Origin: Selaginella moellendorffii
Taxonomy: Eukaryota; Plantae; Lycopodiophyta
Reading direction: 5' to 3'
Length of the DNA: 64,000 nt
Assembly: GCF_000143415.4 (NCBI RefSeq)
Contig: NW_003314305.1
Coordinates: 191,325-255,324 of the forward strand
Made by a program: the position numbers and the translations under genes. This document shows, piece by piece, positions 1-12,540 of this stretch. Positions within the stretch are counted from its first letter, which is position 1. Every line of letters starts with the position of its first letter. Below the pieces are notes generated by a model. It searched no databases. It saw nothing but the letters and a program-made list of their open reading frames with translations, and had not been told where the DNA came from.

Positions 1-639
1 GGCTAAGACGGCAGAGCACGCAGCCAGGCTGGAGATGGCGCCTGATTGTGGATGCCAGGTGGTGGTTAGATTCACCGGTGTGACCAAGGTAAAAGGGGGC
101 ATGGCTTTAGTATAACAAGCTGATATATCAGTGGTACTTGGGGTGTCGGTCATGGGATCGGACACGTGGAGCACTTGGATCAAGTGCAAAGGTTGAATGG
201 CGGGGATGCCATTCTCGGGGTTAGCAAGCCCAAGTCTGAAATAGGACTTATGAAGGTTGTGAGTGAGACTCCTCCAAGTGGTTGGAGGTGTGGTTAAGTG
301 ACTAAAGTAAAATGGAAAATTTAGTCGCTTACATCCTTCTTGGACTCCATCTCGGACTCTATTTCGGTCCATCTCAGGTCCTCTTGTGTCCCTTTTCTAG
401 AGACTCACTTATTGCTCACTTCGTGCTTGTTCCTCAAGCACTTCATTGAGAGTTCCACTCCCGCTCTAAACCTTTCAAGTCGGAGCTTTCAGTCCAAATA
501 TGTTACGCTCGTTTGGCTTTCACTTCAGCCACTACCACGTGGCACCCTTCTGGCTCCACTTTGGGGCCTAGGGATTTTGTGTCTCACAAATTGTTACTTA
601 TCATTCTTGAGATGATGCTCAGTATTTGTATAAATTTCC

Positions 640-2230
640 TACATGTCTCCAAGGGATGGTATTATAGTGGTAAAATGGTTTGAGTGCAGCCACTTGTGTA
701 AATTGGAGCATTCTCTTAACATTTGGACATACTGACAATTATGATGATGTTTTTCAACAATTGCATTGTTTTTGTCAAGGGCCATCTAAGTTAATGATTG
801 AATTAAATATTTATTTCTAGAGTTTGTTTCATGTGAAACAAAATATATCGAAGCGGATCAAGTTGAGAATGTTGTAGTTAACACTTTGTCAAAATCTTAT
901 AGGACTTGTGCATACATTTACTTTAGCCACCTTTAACAATACTCTTAGACAAACACAATATTATAACATGTTGCTTCTTCCACTTTTTACTACATATCCT
1001 TTAGCACCATTTTATGTGGGAGATGGTCTTGTTCCAATAGAGGTTAATGTTATTGTTACTAGTGTTTAGGGACAAGGGCAAGGACATAGTTATAGCTGTG
1101 ATATCTACTATTGAGTATGTGATAAGATTGGCTACGTGTATTGGTGTTATCAGTGTTTTCTAGATTGGTGTCCTTCATTTCTTGGGTAAAGGCTTTGGCA
1201 TTAATAATATCCTATTGGTGCTACTATGGTAAAAAGTCTTGACACAAAGATTCTTTTGAAAAACAAGGAGTCGCACAAGTAGTGGAAAGCCTTTATGTGA
1301 ATAAGTTAGTGACCCTTCCATCCTTCTTTCGAAAGTACTATCAAGGGGTTCACTTAGCACAAGTTCATCTAATGTTTACTTTTTAAGCCTATTTCTATAA
1401 CAAGAGATCTTTTATAATTCTCTTCATATTAGTTGATATAGGCTCAAGTTTTTCTTTTATTGCTCAACCTATTGCCACATGTTGCCGTTTACAATTGTGT
1501 CGTACTATAAAGCCAATTTTTATTATTTATGGCAACAATTATACACATGTATATGCATGAGATGAGGTGGACCTAGTTATATGTGTGGGAGATCTTGAGC
1601 TTGAACTTCAATTGTTGCAAGTGGTGTCGAGTCAAAATTTTAACCTCATTCTTAGTATGGATTGGTTACAATACAATCATGTTAAATATTATTTTAAAGC
1701 TTCTCCTCATTGTTTCATATTTTTTTATATTTTTTCCATTCCTCTCACTTTATTTCCCCTTCATCCCTTTTTTACCTTTGCTTCCATCACTTTTGTCTTT
1801 CCATTACTTCCTACTGTGTTTTCATCTTTCTCCTCTATTCCTTTTCTAGATCCCTCCGATGGTCTTTGTGTTGTAACAGTGAATTGATTCAAGAAGGAGT
1901 ATATTAATCTCTTTAACTTCAACTTATTGTCTTAGGCCAAAATTTCAACACGTCATCCTATTTTAACTAGGGATGCTTGTCCAATCAAAGTTTTTATTCA
2001 GTGTCAGTCACCAAAGGAGATTAAAATTTTATGCGTGAACTTCAAAGAGATATTAGAGAAAGGGTGTTATTCAAAAGTCTCGGAGTTCTTGGGCATGTGA
2101 ACTTCATTTTATGACGAAGTTTTATAAGAGTATTCACTTTTGCATTGACTTACGCTTTTCCTCACACTATTAATCTCCTGGATCGTTTAAAGAGATTTTG
2201 TTGGTTCAAATATTTTTCCGCATTTAGTCG
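640..2230 (+). mobile_element. Degenerate Ty3/gypsy LTR-retrotransposon internal remnant (gag, aspartic protease, start of RT)
   Basis: ORF 1567 contains FNLILSMDWLQYNH, the gypsy protease C-terminal motif xLILGMDWLxxH. 1945-2220 reads as decayed RT N-terminus (H.I.T.DA.PI...S.W...CIDLR). 650-830 resembles a decayed retrotransposon gag. Many stops and frameshifts. Confidence 0.7.
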
Positions 2231-2373
2231 AGCTTGGTGGAACAGAGTTCATAACCAAGATCATATGCTAGTGGCAAAATTGAAGCAATAACAATGAGCA
2301 AAAGCTTGAGTTTCAAGGAGACCATTAGTCTAATAATTTATTATGATTTTTACAAACTCATTCCTTTACACAG

Positions 2374-2460
2374 GTAAATGCTTGGGCCATAAACTTCTTA
2401 GCTGCATCTCTAGAGCTCAAGCAAATGGTGAAAGCACTTCATTCAGTGGGGATTGAGGTG
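2374..2460 (+). pseudogene. Isolated isoamylase (GH13, ISA3-like) exon fragment
   Basis: Translates VNAWAINFLAASLELKQMVKALHSVGIE(V), matching isoamylase VNTWGYSTxNFFAPMSRY...EFKxMVKALHSAGIEV with internal deletions. Flanked by AG (2372-2373) and GT (2458-2459). Confidence 0.75.
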
Positions 2461-3033
2461 CCTAGGCTGAAGCATTATGTTACATTACATCTCCACCTTC
2501 AATTTGCAAGTGTATTATATTTGATGATAAAGTCTGCTTTCTTGTGAGATAGCAATGCCGGATCAGGTGCTTGGCCGTGAGCTGGCTCCTTTTCAAATTC
2601 TCCATCACCTTGGAAAGGAGTAGGCCACATTGTTGCTTGTTTCTGACACAATGAAGCGCATGCCAAAGTTGATGATGCATGACCTCGATCAAATGTGAAA
2701 GCTGGACTCTCTAATGCTCGCTTGGAGAGTTGCTCCTGGAACGCTTGGGCAACTAGGAGCGCCATGCTCCACTAGACTAGGCACGAGGTGCTCAGCTGTT
2801 ATATAAGACTCTTTGAAGTTAATCGATTTCTGCTAATCCATCAAACTGCAAAACATTAAAAGAAACAAGGAAGAATTGACAACCTGAGAATTCCAGAGAA
2901 TATTTTGTTCTTGAATCTTGTCTAGAAATTTTCTAATATCATCATGATAGTAGGTTTCAAGAGTGTGCCCGTGGAGGAAACTTTGCAACTTTGCTGGAGT
3001 ACTCGCGAATATGCTCAGATTTTGATGTGATAG

Positions 3034-3830
3034 TTACATCAATTTGTCAAGTGCAGGTGACCGGCCTGGGCATATGCTACAAACATCAGCTTCCATGAGA
3101 CCAAAAACATTCCAAAATAAATCACTTATCATCCATTTTGCCTCGTAGCTGGTCTGTTTGTGGACACAGTATCTTTCACAACGAGCCACTGAGTAGCATA
3201 AGATAGAACAGGTCTTTTGATACCCATTCATGGTAAGCTGTTCAATCAGTGTTCAGCAAGATGGAATTGTGCGTGGGATCTTTTCCAATGTCCTCTCAGC
3301 TCCTCAAAGATAATTTCACATATGCCATTAACAATAATTTTGTCAAATATATGTGAAGGAAGAACAGTTAGAACCAAGCATAGTACGGAAGGCTGTAAAT
3401 CCACCTTCTGTGCTTCTGGACAAGCTTCTCGATAGAGATGCCTATTCTCGGCATAAGCTCTTGCCAGTTTTTCCTGTACACAGCCTGGAAGGCTGCAAAT
3501 TCGGCCATCAGCTCGCTTCCGCATGAGACTCGGCAGGCGGGTGAGCACTCTGCCCTCGCGATCACAGAAATGGTACACAGCTCTTGCTCGTACATAAACG
3601 AAGGATTGTCTACCATCGCAGAGCATCGGTATGGCATCTGTCTGGTATGGGTGCTTTCCGCGCTCGAGGCCAAGAGCAAGATCCAGCTGAAGAAGGAGTT
3701 GTCGATCAGCACACAAACCCAGCGCGACAAGTCCTTCTTGAGCCAGCACTCGCGGAGGAACTTGGTCTTGAAGATGGCACTCAGTGTCTTGTAGCCGCTC
3801 ACAACGTCGTGTTCGTGATCAATATCACTG
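3034..3830 (-). pseudogene. Frameshifted coding-like segment of unknown family
   Basis: Overlapping ORFs 3368-3802, 3246-3749 and 3034-3231 in different frames with coding-like composition; no recognisable motif. Confidence 0.3.
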
Positions 3831-4390
3831 TTAATAAGAGGTGGGGAGATTGGTTACAAATCAGTTGCTCTTTCCATGATCAAGGGCAAGTCTACGTTTC
3901 CAAGCTGGTTTCCAAGAGGTCCAAGAATCGGGAAATCTTGTACTAGGGCTGGATCGGAAGGCTCCTATTGATGGAAATAGATTAACGGTTAGATTTAAAA
4001 GATTAATTGGAATATGCGGTAGATCTGATAAGTCCGGGGTGCTTGGGCATGAGGACCCAAGTTATGCTCTCGCCAGCACTCTCAAGACGAGTGCCTCGAG
4101 TGATGTCCTTTTCTCTCACCAAGGATCCTGAGTGACTTTTGATCACTTTTTCACGGAAAGTGTTACAATTTGACCGTAAAGATGGTCAAATCATCATACT
4201 CATATATTTAAACGAAAGAGCCCGTATAATAATGGCATATACTGGCAACACTTATTCTGGGCATATGCCAAAATCTAACAGCTGAGATTAAACAATGGGG
4301 AGTCGTGACTTTTGGGATCATAAAAAATTTCAATTGTCTTTTAGGGCGCGTGACCATGAGGAGAGAGCATCGATCATCGCTAGCAGGAAG

Positions 4391-4396
<6 letters not shown>

Positions 4397-4424
<28 letters not shown>

Positions 4425-4445
4425 CCTCTGTGTATGTGTGTGTGT
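4397..4445. repeat. (TG)n microsatellite
   Basis: Direct reading of the sequence. Confidence 0.95.
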
Positions 4446-5213
4446 TTGATGAGGTCTTCATTGCAGAGCACCTCAGTAGTTGATTTCGGATCATACTTTC
4501 CTGGTGGACCATTCAAAGAACCATGGAACGATTTAGAAGGCTACAGTCAGCTGTACGTGAAGAACTGAAGCTGCCACTGGTTGGTTCATTCTCGAGTTCA
4601 AAAGCACAGGATACCGTGGTTAAATATCATCTGGTAAAAGAGTCTTGATCCCCCTATCATCGTCCCTGTGATTCTAACTTGAGATGTTCCAGGATGACCA
4701 AGATATTCCGGCCAATCGCAGCAACGGTGACATCGAGCCTGGCGAGGGACCAAAAACCTCCTACCAAAAGCCGCAACCTACATTTGTTCCTTATCCAACA
4801 CCTTTGAGTGATTTCCTTTGATTTAGACACTAGAAAAAACTTTAACGCGTTCGTTTTGGACAGCTCCGGAAGAAGTCCTGGGAACGGCACTGGATAACAA
4901 TCCTAAGCGGCTGAAAGTCCCAGCCTATTCCAACGAGGTTGTGTTTGTTTCTCCGTTTGCAAAGGTTTGAGAGGCTCACGGCTTTCTCTGTGTCGCCATA
5001 GTTGTGCTCGATGATCAGCGAGAACAGGCTCGATGCCTTCCAGACTTACGCGGGGAACAAATCCGCCGGCATCCGCCTGCGCAGGTGCATTCGGTAGATT
5101 GACGTGCTCTGCTCGGAAATGCGACGAGGATTGGGAGTGAAAGGCGAAGAGGCTCTGATGGAGGGCACGACAGGGACGACGTCTTGGACAACGAGGGGAT
5201 TCACGTTGTCATC

Positions 5214-5408
5214 GACGACTAGAATCAAGGTTCTTCACTCTCTTGCTCATCGCTATTCTTTTTTCGAGTCTCTCAAGTCCCTGTTTGTTCCAGGTTCTTG
5301 AGGCTGGAACCACGACTAGAATCAAGGTTTTTCACTCTCTTGCTCTTTGCTATTCTCTTTCGAGGCTTAAAGTTCCTGTTTGTTCCAGGTGCTCGAGGCT
5401 GGAACCAA
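5214..5408 (+). repeat. Two tandem ~96-bp copies (intron-like GT..AG plus micro-exon)
   Basis: acgactagaatcaaggtt..cactctcttgctc..gctattct..tcgag..cctgtttgttccaggt..gaggctggaacca occurs twice back to back. Confidence 0.85.
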
Positions 5409-5499
5409 GAGAAAAAATAGAAATTTTCGTCCACGGTTCACTTCCTTGTTCTTCAGTTGTGTTTTTAATGCATTGAGAGGGATTTCTATTTTGCAGCGC

Positions 5500-6959
5500 T
5501 ATAAACCCGATCCAGCAATCAGCTCCAGCAGCAGCCGCTGGGGTGCAAATTGGGCCACACCTGCAATGTGGTCAAGAATCTCATCTACATTTTCGGTGGC
5601 TGCGGCCGGGACGAGTGCCAGACCAACGATGTTCACGTCTTTGACATTGGTATAAGTTTCATCTTCTGGGTTTTCCGGAAATATGGTTTTGATCATGTTT
5701 TGGTGGGATCGCGCAGGGACGTACATCTGGAGCAAGCCTGTGATGAAAGGAACGCACCCTTCTCCTCGGGACAGCCACAGCTCCACGGCCGTCGGGTCTA
5801 AGCTCTATGTGTTTGGTGGTACCGATGGAACCAGCCCGCTAGACGATCTCTTTGTTTTGGATACTGGTAAGCGAGTTCTATCGATTTTTTTTTCTTGTTC
5901 TTATCATCCGATGCAGCTACCAACACCTGGGGGAAACCCGACGTTTTTGGTGATGTTCCTGCTCCGAGAGAAGGACATAGCGCATCTCTTGTGGGAAATC
6001 CAGCGATCCCTCAGAGGAGTACTACAACGACCTCCATGTTTTGAACACGAGTAATATCCTGTTATCTTTCCTGGTTTTCTTCTAAACTCTTTTTTTTCCT
6101 GTAGATACTTTTGTCTGGAAGAAGATTTCTACCACTGGAGTCTCGCCTATACCTGCTCTTCCTATAAGAACTGTTGCATTGTCATGGGTGGTGAGGACGG
6201 TGGTAATGCCTATCTATACGACGTTCATATTCTGGACACAGGTACATACATTGTGCTGGTTTTAAACTTGCGAATTCATTTGTGTTCCAGAAACAATGGC
6301 ATGGCAGGAGGTAAAGACGACTGGTGCCGAGCTGATGCCAAGAGCCGGTGAACGTAGAGCGAGGCATATTATTCTTCTATGGGGGATGTAACGAAGAGCT
6401 TGAAGCTCTGGATGACATGTATTTCCTCGACACAGGTTGGCTTCTTCTTTTATTGACATTGCTGCTGACAATATGGTTGCCATTTTTCTGTGAAAAGATG
6501 CTGAGGGAGAAAGATCCATCAGAACCAAAGCTATCCATGCGTAAGGAACTTAAGAGACGGCGGCAAGAGTATCATGCCACACCATTCGTGCTAGACAAGC
6601 AACGGGATGCGGACAAGAGCTTGGTTTCATCTCACGGAGGTATCTGCAGAAAACCTTGGACCTCTCCAAATTTTCCCTGTCAAACTCATGCTACAGAGTT
6701 TCAAGCTCACGTTCAGCTGCTAGGCGAGAAGATGTTCGAGGCTAGAGTAAGCAACGTATTCAACTACGGATACACGCTAGATGCCTCCATCGATGGGAAG
6801 CTCTTCCGTGGGCTGCTCTTCTCGTACAAGCCTGGCTTTGCTCAGGCAGTGCAATCTTACATCCTCAGTTACTCTCTAATGCCAGGAAGGAAAACATCAC
6901 AGGAGGAAACCACAGGACAAATTGTAATAAAGAATGCAAGCCTTATAGAGAACTACTAA
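5500..6959 (+). pseudogene. Galactose-oxidase/kelch-repeat protein, pseudogene with internal deletions
   Basis: Spliced exons give GHTCNVVKNLIYIFGG, PRDSHSSTAVGSKLYVFGG, PREGHSAS, IVMGGEDG and a C-terminal FEARVSNVFNYGYTLDASIDGKLFRGLLFS domain. Parts of several kelch blades are missing (e.g. after SASL, after SPIP, after MPRAG) and there is an in-frame TAA just upstream of the first blade. Confidence 0.85.
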
Positions 6960-7299
6960 CATTTTACAATGAATGGCATATCTCCATTTTTTTGGTTTCA
7001 AAGAGATTCTTTTTTTTTTTTACCTGCATATCATTGTGTAAAATTTTAACTTCAATGACATGCAGTAAAGCCTTGGTCAAAAGGCCGTAGTAAAGGCCAA
7101 CCGAGCAAAGAGGAGTTCAAAGAAACCATGGATATCCATACTTGCTCTTCCTATAATTATTAAAGTTTCACAAAGTCTTTATTACACAGCCTCACCTTTT
7201 TATTGTTCTTCTGGGTTTCTTCTTTGTCTACACAATACAAAAGATTGTTTTTGGTTTGCTTAAGCAAACCTATAGGGGGACTGGGATGGTAGTGAATAT

Positions 7300-7611
7300 A
7301 CCTAGAATATGCTTGGATATTCTGGGATATTCTACCATCTAACGGTTGGTATTCATTTAGATTAATCTGGTATTTATAATTTATAAACATGTTTATAATT
7401 TATAAACTTTCCTAAACCCTTTCTAGTATATTCTTTTTTATTCTATTATCTAATGGTTGATATGCAATAAGATTAATCTTGTGTTTATAAATTACTAACA
7501 TGCTTATGATTATAAACTTTATTTAATCAATTAGATTAATAAGTAATAATAAAACTACCATTAAACAAACCAAGCGTTGCTACATGCAACGCATAGCAAT
7601 TTGTTTTTTAG
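7300..7611 (+). mobile_element. Small AT-rich repeat, probable non-autonomous Helitron end
   Basis: Hairpin gcgttgc-tacat-gcaacgc (7574-7592) followed by TTAG|T (7608-7612). Internal motifs (ttaatctg.t.tttataatttataa, aaacttt.ct.aa.c.ctt.ctag.atattct) recur at ~47520-47700 and ~56980-57180. Confidence 0.5.
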
Positions 7612-7719
7612 TAATGTACTTTTTTTTGTTAGTTTACCTTCTTTATAATCTTCTGTGAACACAGACGTGAAAAGGTGATACACTGCTAGAATCCTTCCTA
7701 ATCGACTCTCTTTTGCAGA

Positions 7720-8235
7720 GTGGGTGCTAATACATGGTCCCTACTTTACACTTCTATAATGCAAAAGCTACAGGCTTGCCACAAAGAGGGGTATAAACTG
7801 GTGAAGTGCAATGATTTCCCTCCTCGGAAACGGTAGTGTGGTTGCTCTAGGACCTGACTGTAAGCCTGTCAAATACTTTTTCTTTGGCGTTACATGAATG
7901 GTTTGTCTCAAGGTGGTAGCAGTGAATCCACTTGGAGGAATCCGCACAGCCGTGGAGAGAACACTTCAGGCTGGAGTCATCCCGAGGAAAGGATATCTGC
8001 ATGGGACGTAGTGGCAGGGTAAGAGATAACAGATGAGAAACTGAAATGCAGTTTTTGTTTTTGGATTCACAGGTACACATCCTCGGCTGTGTATGCAGCT
8101 GCATTGGAGGATTCGCTGACGCCAGGAAAGTTTGCTGACTTTGTGGTGTTGTCCGAGTCTCCTTTTGGACAGGGCACGGGCATTTTTCCTCCAGTGGTTG
8201 TGTTCGTTGGTGGAAATTTTGCCTTCCCTTCTTAA
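7720..8235 (+). pseudogene. C-terminal fragment of a LAF3-like amidohydrolase (Amidohydro_3)
   Basis: Exons read VVAVNPLGGIRTAVER...ERISAWD and YTSSAVYAA...SLTPGKFADFVVLSESP...VFVGGNFAFPS*; frameshifted. Confidence 0.75.
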
Positions 8236-8275
8236 GGCGTTATTCCATAATTATTTGGTCTTTTAAATATAGCAT

Positions 8276-8560
8276 ATTTGCGAGAAGATTGGTGAGGAGA
8301 AAGCAGCCAGAATCATCAAGCAGCTGGTAAAGACCTTCAAAGAGATTTATTTGAGGGGCGTGGTTCACCAGAATCTCAAGCTCGACAACATTCTTTCCAA
8401 GCTAAACATGCATGACAAGTGGTGATCAGCACCTTTAGGAGATATCACAACAGCGAAGTACATGGCAGCTGAGGTGGTGGAGAACAAGGATTGGAGCTCT
8501 ACATGGTAGCCATCGAAATGTGGGGGCTAGGAGCAATTTTATACAAGACGCTGGGAAAGG
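8276..8560 (+). pseudogene. Ser/Thr protein kinase fragment (subdomains VI-IX)
   Basis: EEKAARIIKQLV..EIYLRGVVHQNLKLDNIL (decayed HRDLKPDNIL), YMAAEV, EMWGLGAILY. Confidence 0.8.
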
Positions 8561-8831
8561 GAGGATACCAGCCAATGGTTTTCTTTTTTGTATTCTCCGG
8601 ACATCAACATCTCTTATGTCTATGGCTGGAAAACATTTTCAGTGGCTGCCGAGAACAACTGCAGAATGAAAACAAGTTGGAACGAAAAGGAAAACGAGGG
8701 AGTTGAAATGTAAAGAAAGAATTGTAAAACGTTTATTGATATATAAATAAAGATCAAAGTTGAATCGAGATCTTTCACTAATCATCCAATATATTCAAAC
8801 AAAAGAGCCTCATTGATCATTGCAGTAGGTT

Positions 8832-11408
8832 TCCCTAATTTTATATATATAAAATATTGGAAGTTTCAAACCAAATAATGAAAAATATGCAGCTTATTCA
8901 CAATGAAATATTTTAGATACTGCTCAAGCAACGGAGATAAAAATAAAAAAACAAACACAATTCTAAATCCAATGAGCAACTAATGGGTGGTCTTGATAAA
9001 TTATTAAAAGAGATAAATCCCTATGCTAATGCATTCACAATATTGTAAGAAATAGAGAATGAAGTGTTAAAATTAACAAAATTTCAAAGAGGCATAAGTG
9101 ATATTGTAATACATATAAAAGGCAATTAGACAACTGATCCAAGATAATATAATGCACTAGGTTCAAATGATTTTAAACATTTAGTTGTACAAAGATGGTA
9201 TTCATTGATGAATTTTTTTATTATGTCTACTATTTACGATATATTTAAAACAAAAAATATGTTCAATATGTTTAAACATGTATTATCAAATCAATCATAT
9301 ACTCTTTCTTCTATAGAATAAAAACTTTATAGAACAAAGAGTATCTGATTAATTCAATGCTACATTATTAAAATTAAACATAATTTTTTTTACAAAGATG
9401 GTATATAGTACACACAATAAAAGATATACTATAAAGTTAAAAGTAAATAAAGTAGTGACTATAGAAATGATATATTTTATAACTTAAAATAGAAGAGTTG
9501 AATAGCTCCAGCTATTATATCTTGTAAATAAGTTAAACTTTTATCATAATCTTATGATTTTTAACTTTATGATATTGCACAAATATGAGACTATATCTGA
9601 GCTAATAGAAAACTCAATATGAGTAGATTCATTGATGAATGTCTGTTATTTACAATAATAATTTGTGCATTGATACATGGAAAACAGATACATAAAATAT
9701 CTTAAAAAATGTGATTCATCACCACTTAAAATTTTAATTTTAATAAAGCAATCAATGGACCATTTTTTTATTTTCTGATATGTTATGGTTTTAGGAACAA
9801 AACAATATTATGAACCATAAATACCATAATATCAGGATAAAAACATAACTTTCATTGAAAGATTTTAGCCTCAATTTAAATTTATATAAAAATAAATTAA
9901 ACATAAAGGTAAGAATCTTAATTCATTTTAGCATTCTCTCTATATAAAAACATATACACAAAGAATCTTAATGATATAAAATATAATACCTTAACCTTTA
10001 GATAGTACTTCTAAAAAGCATAAATGTAAATATTATGAAGGGAGAGGATATCAAATACAAATATGGAAAAAATAATTCTAAAAAAAATATAATGTAATTT
10101 TAAGGAATCTTTTTAAATAAATTTTAAAAATTACTAAATATAATAAAAGAAAAAATAAAATATCTAAATTATAATATAAAAAAGTAATTTCTATAAAAAT
10201 ATGATATTTTCTAATTTAAAATAGAGGAGTTAATAGTTCTAGATATTTGTTGTGTAAAATATTTTCTTATTAGTAAACTTATGGTTGGCTTAGATGTAGT
10301 CTAAGATTTATATAATATCATAAATTTTCTACCATTTTATCCTACATTGCATTTATACATGAAAAACATAATAAGGTATAAATATGACTGAGACAACATT
10401 AATGGACCATATACAGAATTTTAATTATATGATATTAAACCTATCTATATACCATTCATGAATTTTCTGATATATTATAGCTCTAGCATAAAGAAAAGAT
10501 TATATATCATCAAACCCTACTCTACCCCAGTATAGAGTAAAAAATTACCATTCATTTATCATCATAAAGTTTCAGCATTCATAACAGTGTTATAAAGCCT
10601 TAATTTTAAATATAAAAACATGAATATAAATAAATAATAATATTATTGCAGATTTATAAAAATAAATACAGAAATAATGTTTATGATATATAATAGAATA
10701 CTTTCTATTTTAAATATTACTCTCAAAATACATGAATATAAATATTAGGTAAAAAGAGAATATCAATGATAAATACGTAAAATATTAAAAGTTTTTAAAT
10801 GAAAATATAACACATAAAGCTAACGTCTGTCACTTATTATTTTGCAATTCCAAAACTTTCAGTCTGAAATGATGAAAAGAGAAACTCCATAACAATGTTT
10901 ATATTTTTTAAATTTAAAAGATTTATGCACTTTAAGTGAGTTTTTTAATATATATTAAATATATTTTTAACATCATTATAATTTAGTGTACCTATGTAAC
11001 ACATACTTTATTAAGAGAAAAAATTATATAGTTTAATAAATTATCAAATAATAAGATTTTTATTAATTATATAGAGATTTCAAATAAAAGAAAAAATTAG
11101 TTAATAAAAAAATGACTCATCTGGCCATGGGATCCCACAGTGAGAAATTCGATTTATAGAATATCCAAGACTTCAGTCAACAATCAGAATTTTAAATATA
11201 ATATAATGTACTGAGTTATATTTATTATGTTATGATGTTTGTTGGTGATGGAGTCAATTGTAGAAGATATTCTTAATATGTTATGTTTAACTATATATCT
11301 TATAATTATGATTATGTTAAAAATTACAAATACGCTTACAACTCTTTGAAATTATTAAAATATCAGAAATAAACACAATGCTCCCAGCGTAGCTGGGACT
11401 TTTGCTAG
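8832..11408 (+). mobile_element. Helitron remnant
   Basis: Canonical 3' end: hairpin tcccagc-gta-gctggga (11382-11398), then CTAG (11405-11408) followed by T. A decayed Rep N-terminal segment lies at ~8880-9170 (ILDTAQAT, LDKLLKEINPYANAF, DPR*YNA). Body very AT-rich; 5' end uncertain. Confidence 0.75.
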
Positions 11409-11699
11409 TACTCCCTTATTTAAATGTGCTATTGGCATATGGCATCTGGCGTCTTTTATTCCATTTTTAGAATATTATTTCTGAATATGCTTATCAATAC
11501 CCCGCGTGCAATTCAAAGCCATCAAATAGATGGCAAAGATCAGGTGCCAAAAGGGTGGCAACGCTTCAATTTTGATTTTAATGTCGCTCCAAATCAAGTG
11601 AAATTTCTTAGGGCAATCGGGCAGATTGTAAGCGCTCTGTGTGTGTGTGTGTGTCAAGGATGTGTCAAGGACATGTCAAGGATGTGTCCAAGCTTGCTA

Positions 11700-12540
11700 A
11701 GGGCAACATGCTGCTTGCGCTATTGGTGAACAACCGATCAAGGTAGATTGAAAATTCTTTACTTTTTTCTGAAGACAATTTGCAGGGACTGCTGAATCCT
11801 GCAGCTATGGCTAGGCTGGCGCTTGGAGAAGCTTTGACGAATCTTGTTTGGGCTAAGGTACTCTCATCTTAATTGTGTTTACACATTATGATGTGTTTAA
11901 CTTTGCAGGCTGAACTTGATTCCGACATATATGTACAATCCTGTTGTTGCTCTTCGTGACACTATGATCGAGCTTGAGGTTGCAATAGAAGGTGGAAAGG
12001 ACAGCTTGTCAATGGCTGCTCAAGCAGGTGGTGAAACTATCAAGGCACCTGGGAATCTCGTCATTAGTCGTATGTGACTTGTTCAGACATTACACTCATC
12101 ATCACCCCTGATTTGAAGGTACTGAAATTCATATCCTTTCATTCAAATCTGATTACTTGCCTCTTCCAGATTGGAGAGGAAGTTGTTCTTTTGCACATTA
12201 CTGTTGGGACTGGCAAAGGTCGTCTAGGAGGTTTAGCACTGGCCCAATTTTTTTATCAGGTCAGACAAACTGTGGTTTTCTTTCCTTGCTAGCTTCCACC
12301 ATGGGGATTATTGATACTTGCCTGGATGTTGAAATATTTAAAACGTGCCTTCAATGCGACGCAGGTGATCATGTCATTCATCGGTTTTCTTTTTTAAAAA
12401 ATCTGGATTTTTCTGCGGACAGGACCTTATTGGCAAGAAACTTACTTCTGCAGGACATGATATCGGAGTTATAGTTTCATTGCTATAGTTTCATAGTTTC
12501 ATTGTCTTTGCGAGAAATTATGGCATTGAAGTAGACATTC
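11700..12540 (+). pseudogene. Phosphoribosylformylglycinamidine synthase (PurL/PUR4) internal fragment
   Basis: Exons: ACAIGEQPIK / GLLNPAAMARLALGEALTNLVWAK / IELEVAIEGGKDSLSMAAQAGGETIKAPGNLVIS..VTCSDITLIITPDLK / GKGRLGGLALAQ / AGHDIS. Introns retained, frameshifts present. Confidence 0.9.

Noticed and set aside
1-600. LTR termini (ttaca at ~333; tgttac...ctcaca at 501-588)
   Set aside because: Plausible TG/CA ends, but no second LTR, clear PBS or target-site duplication visible
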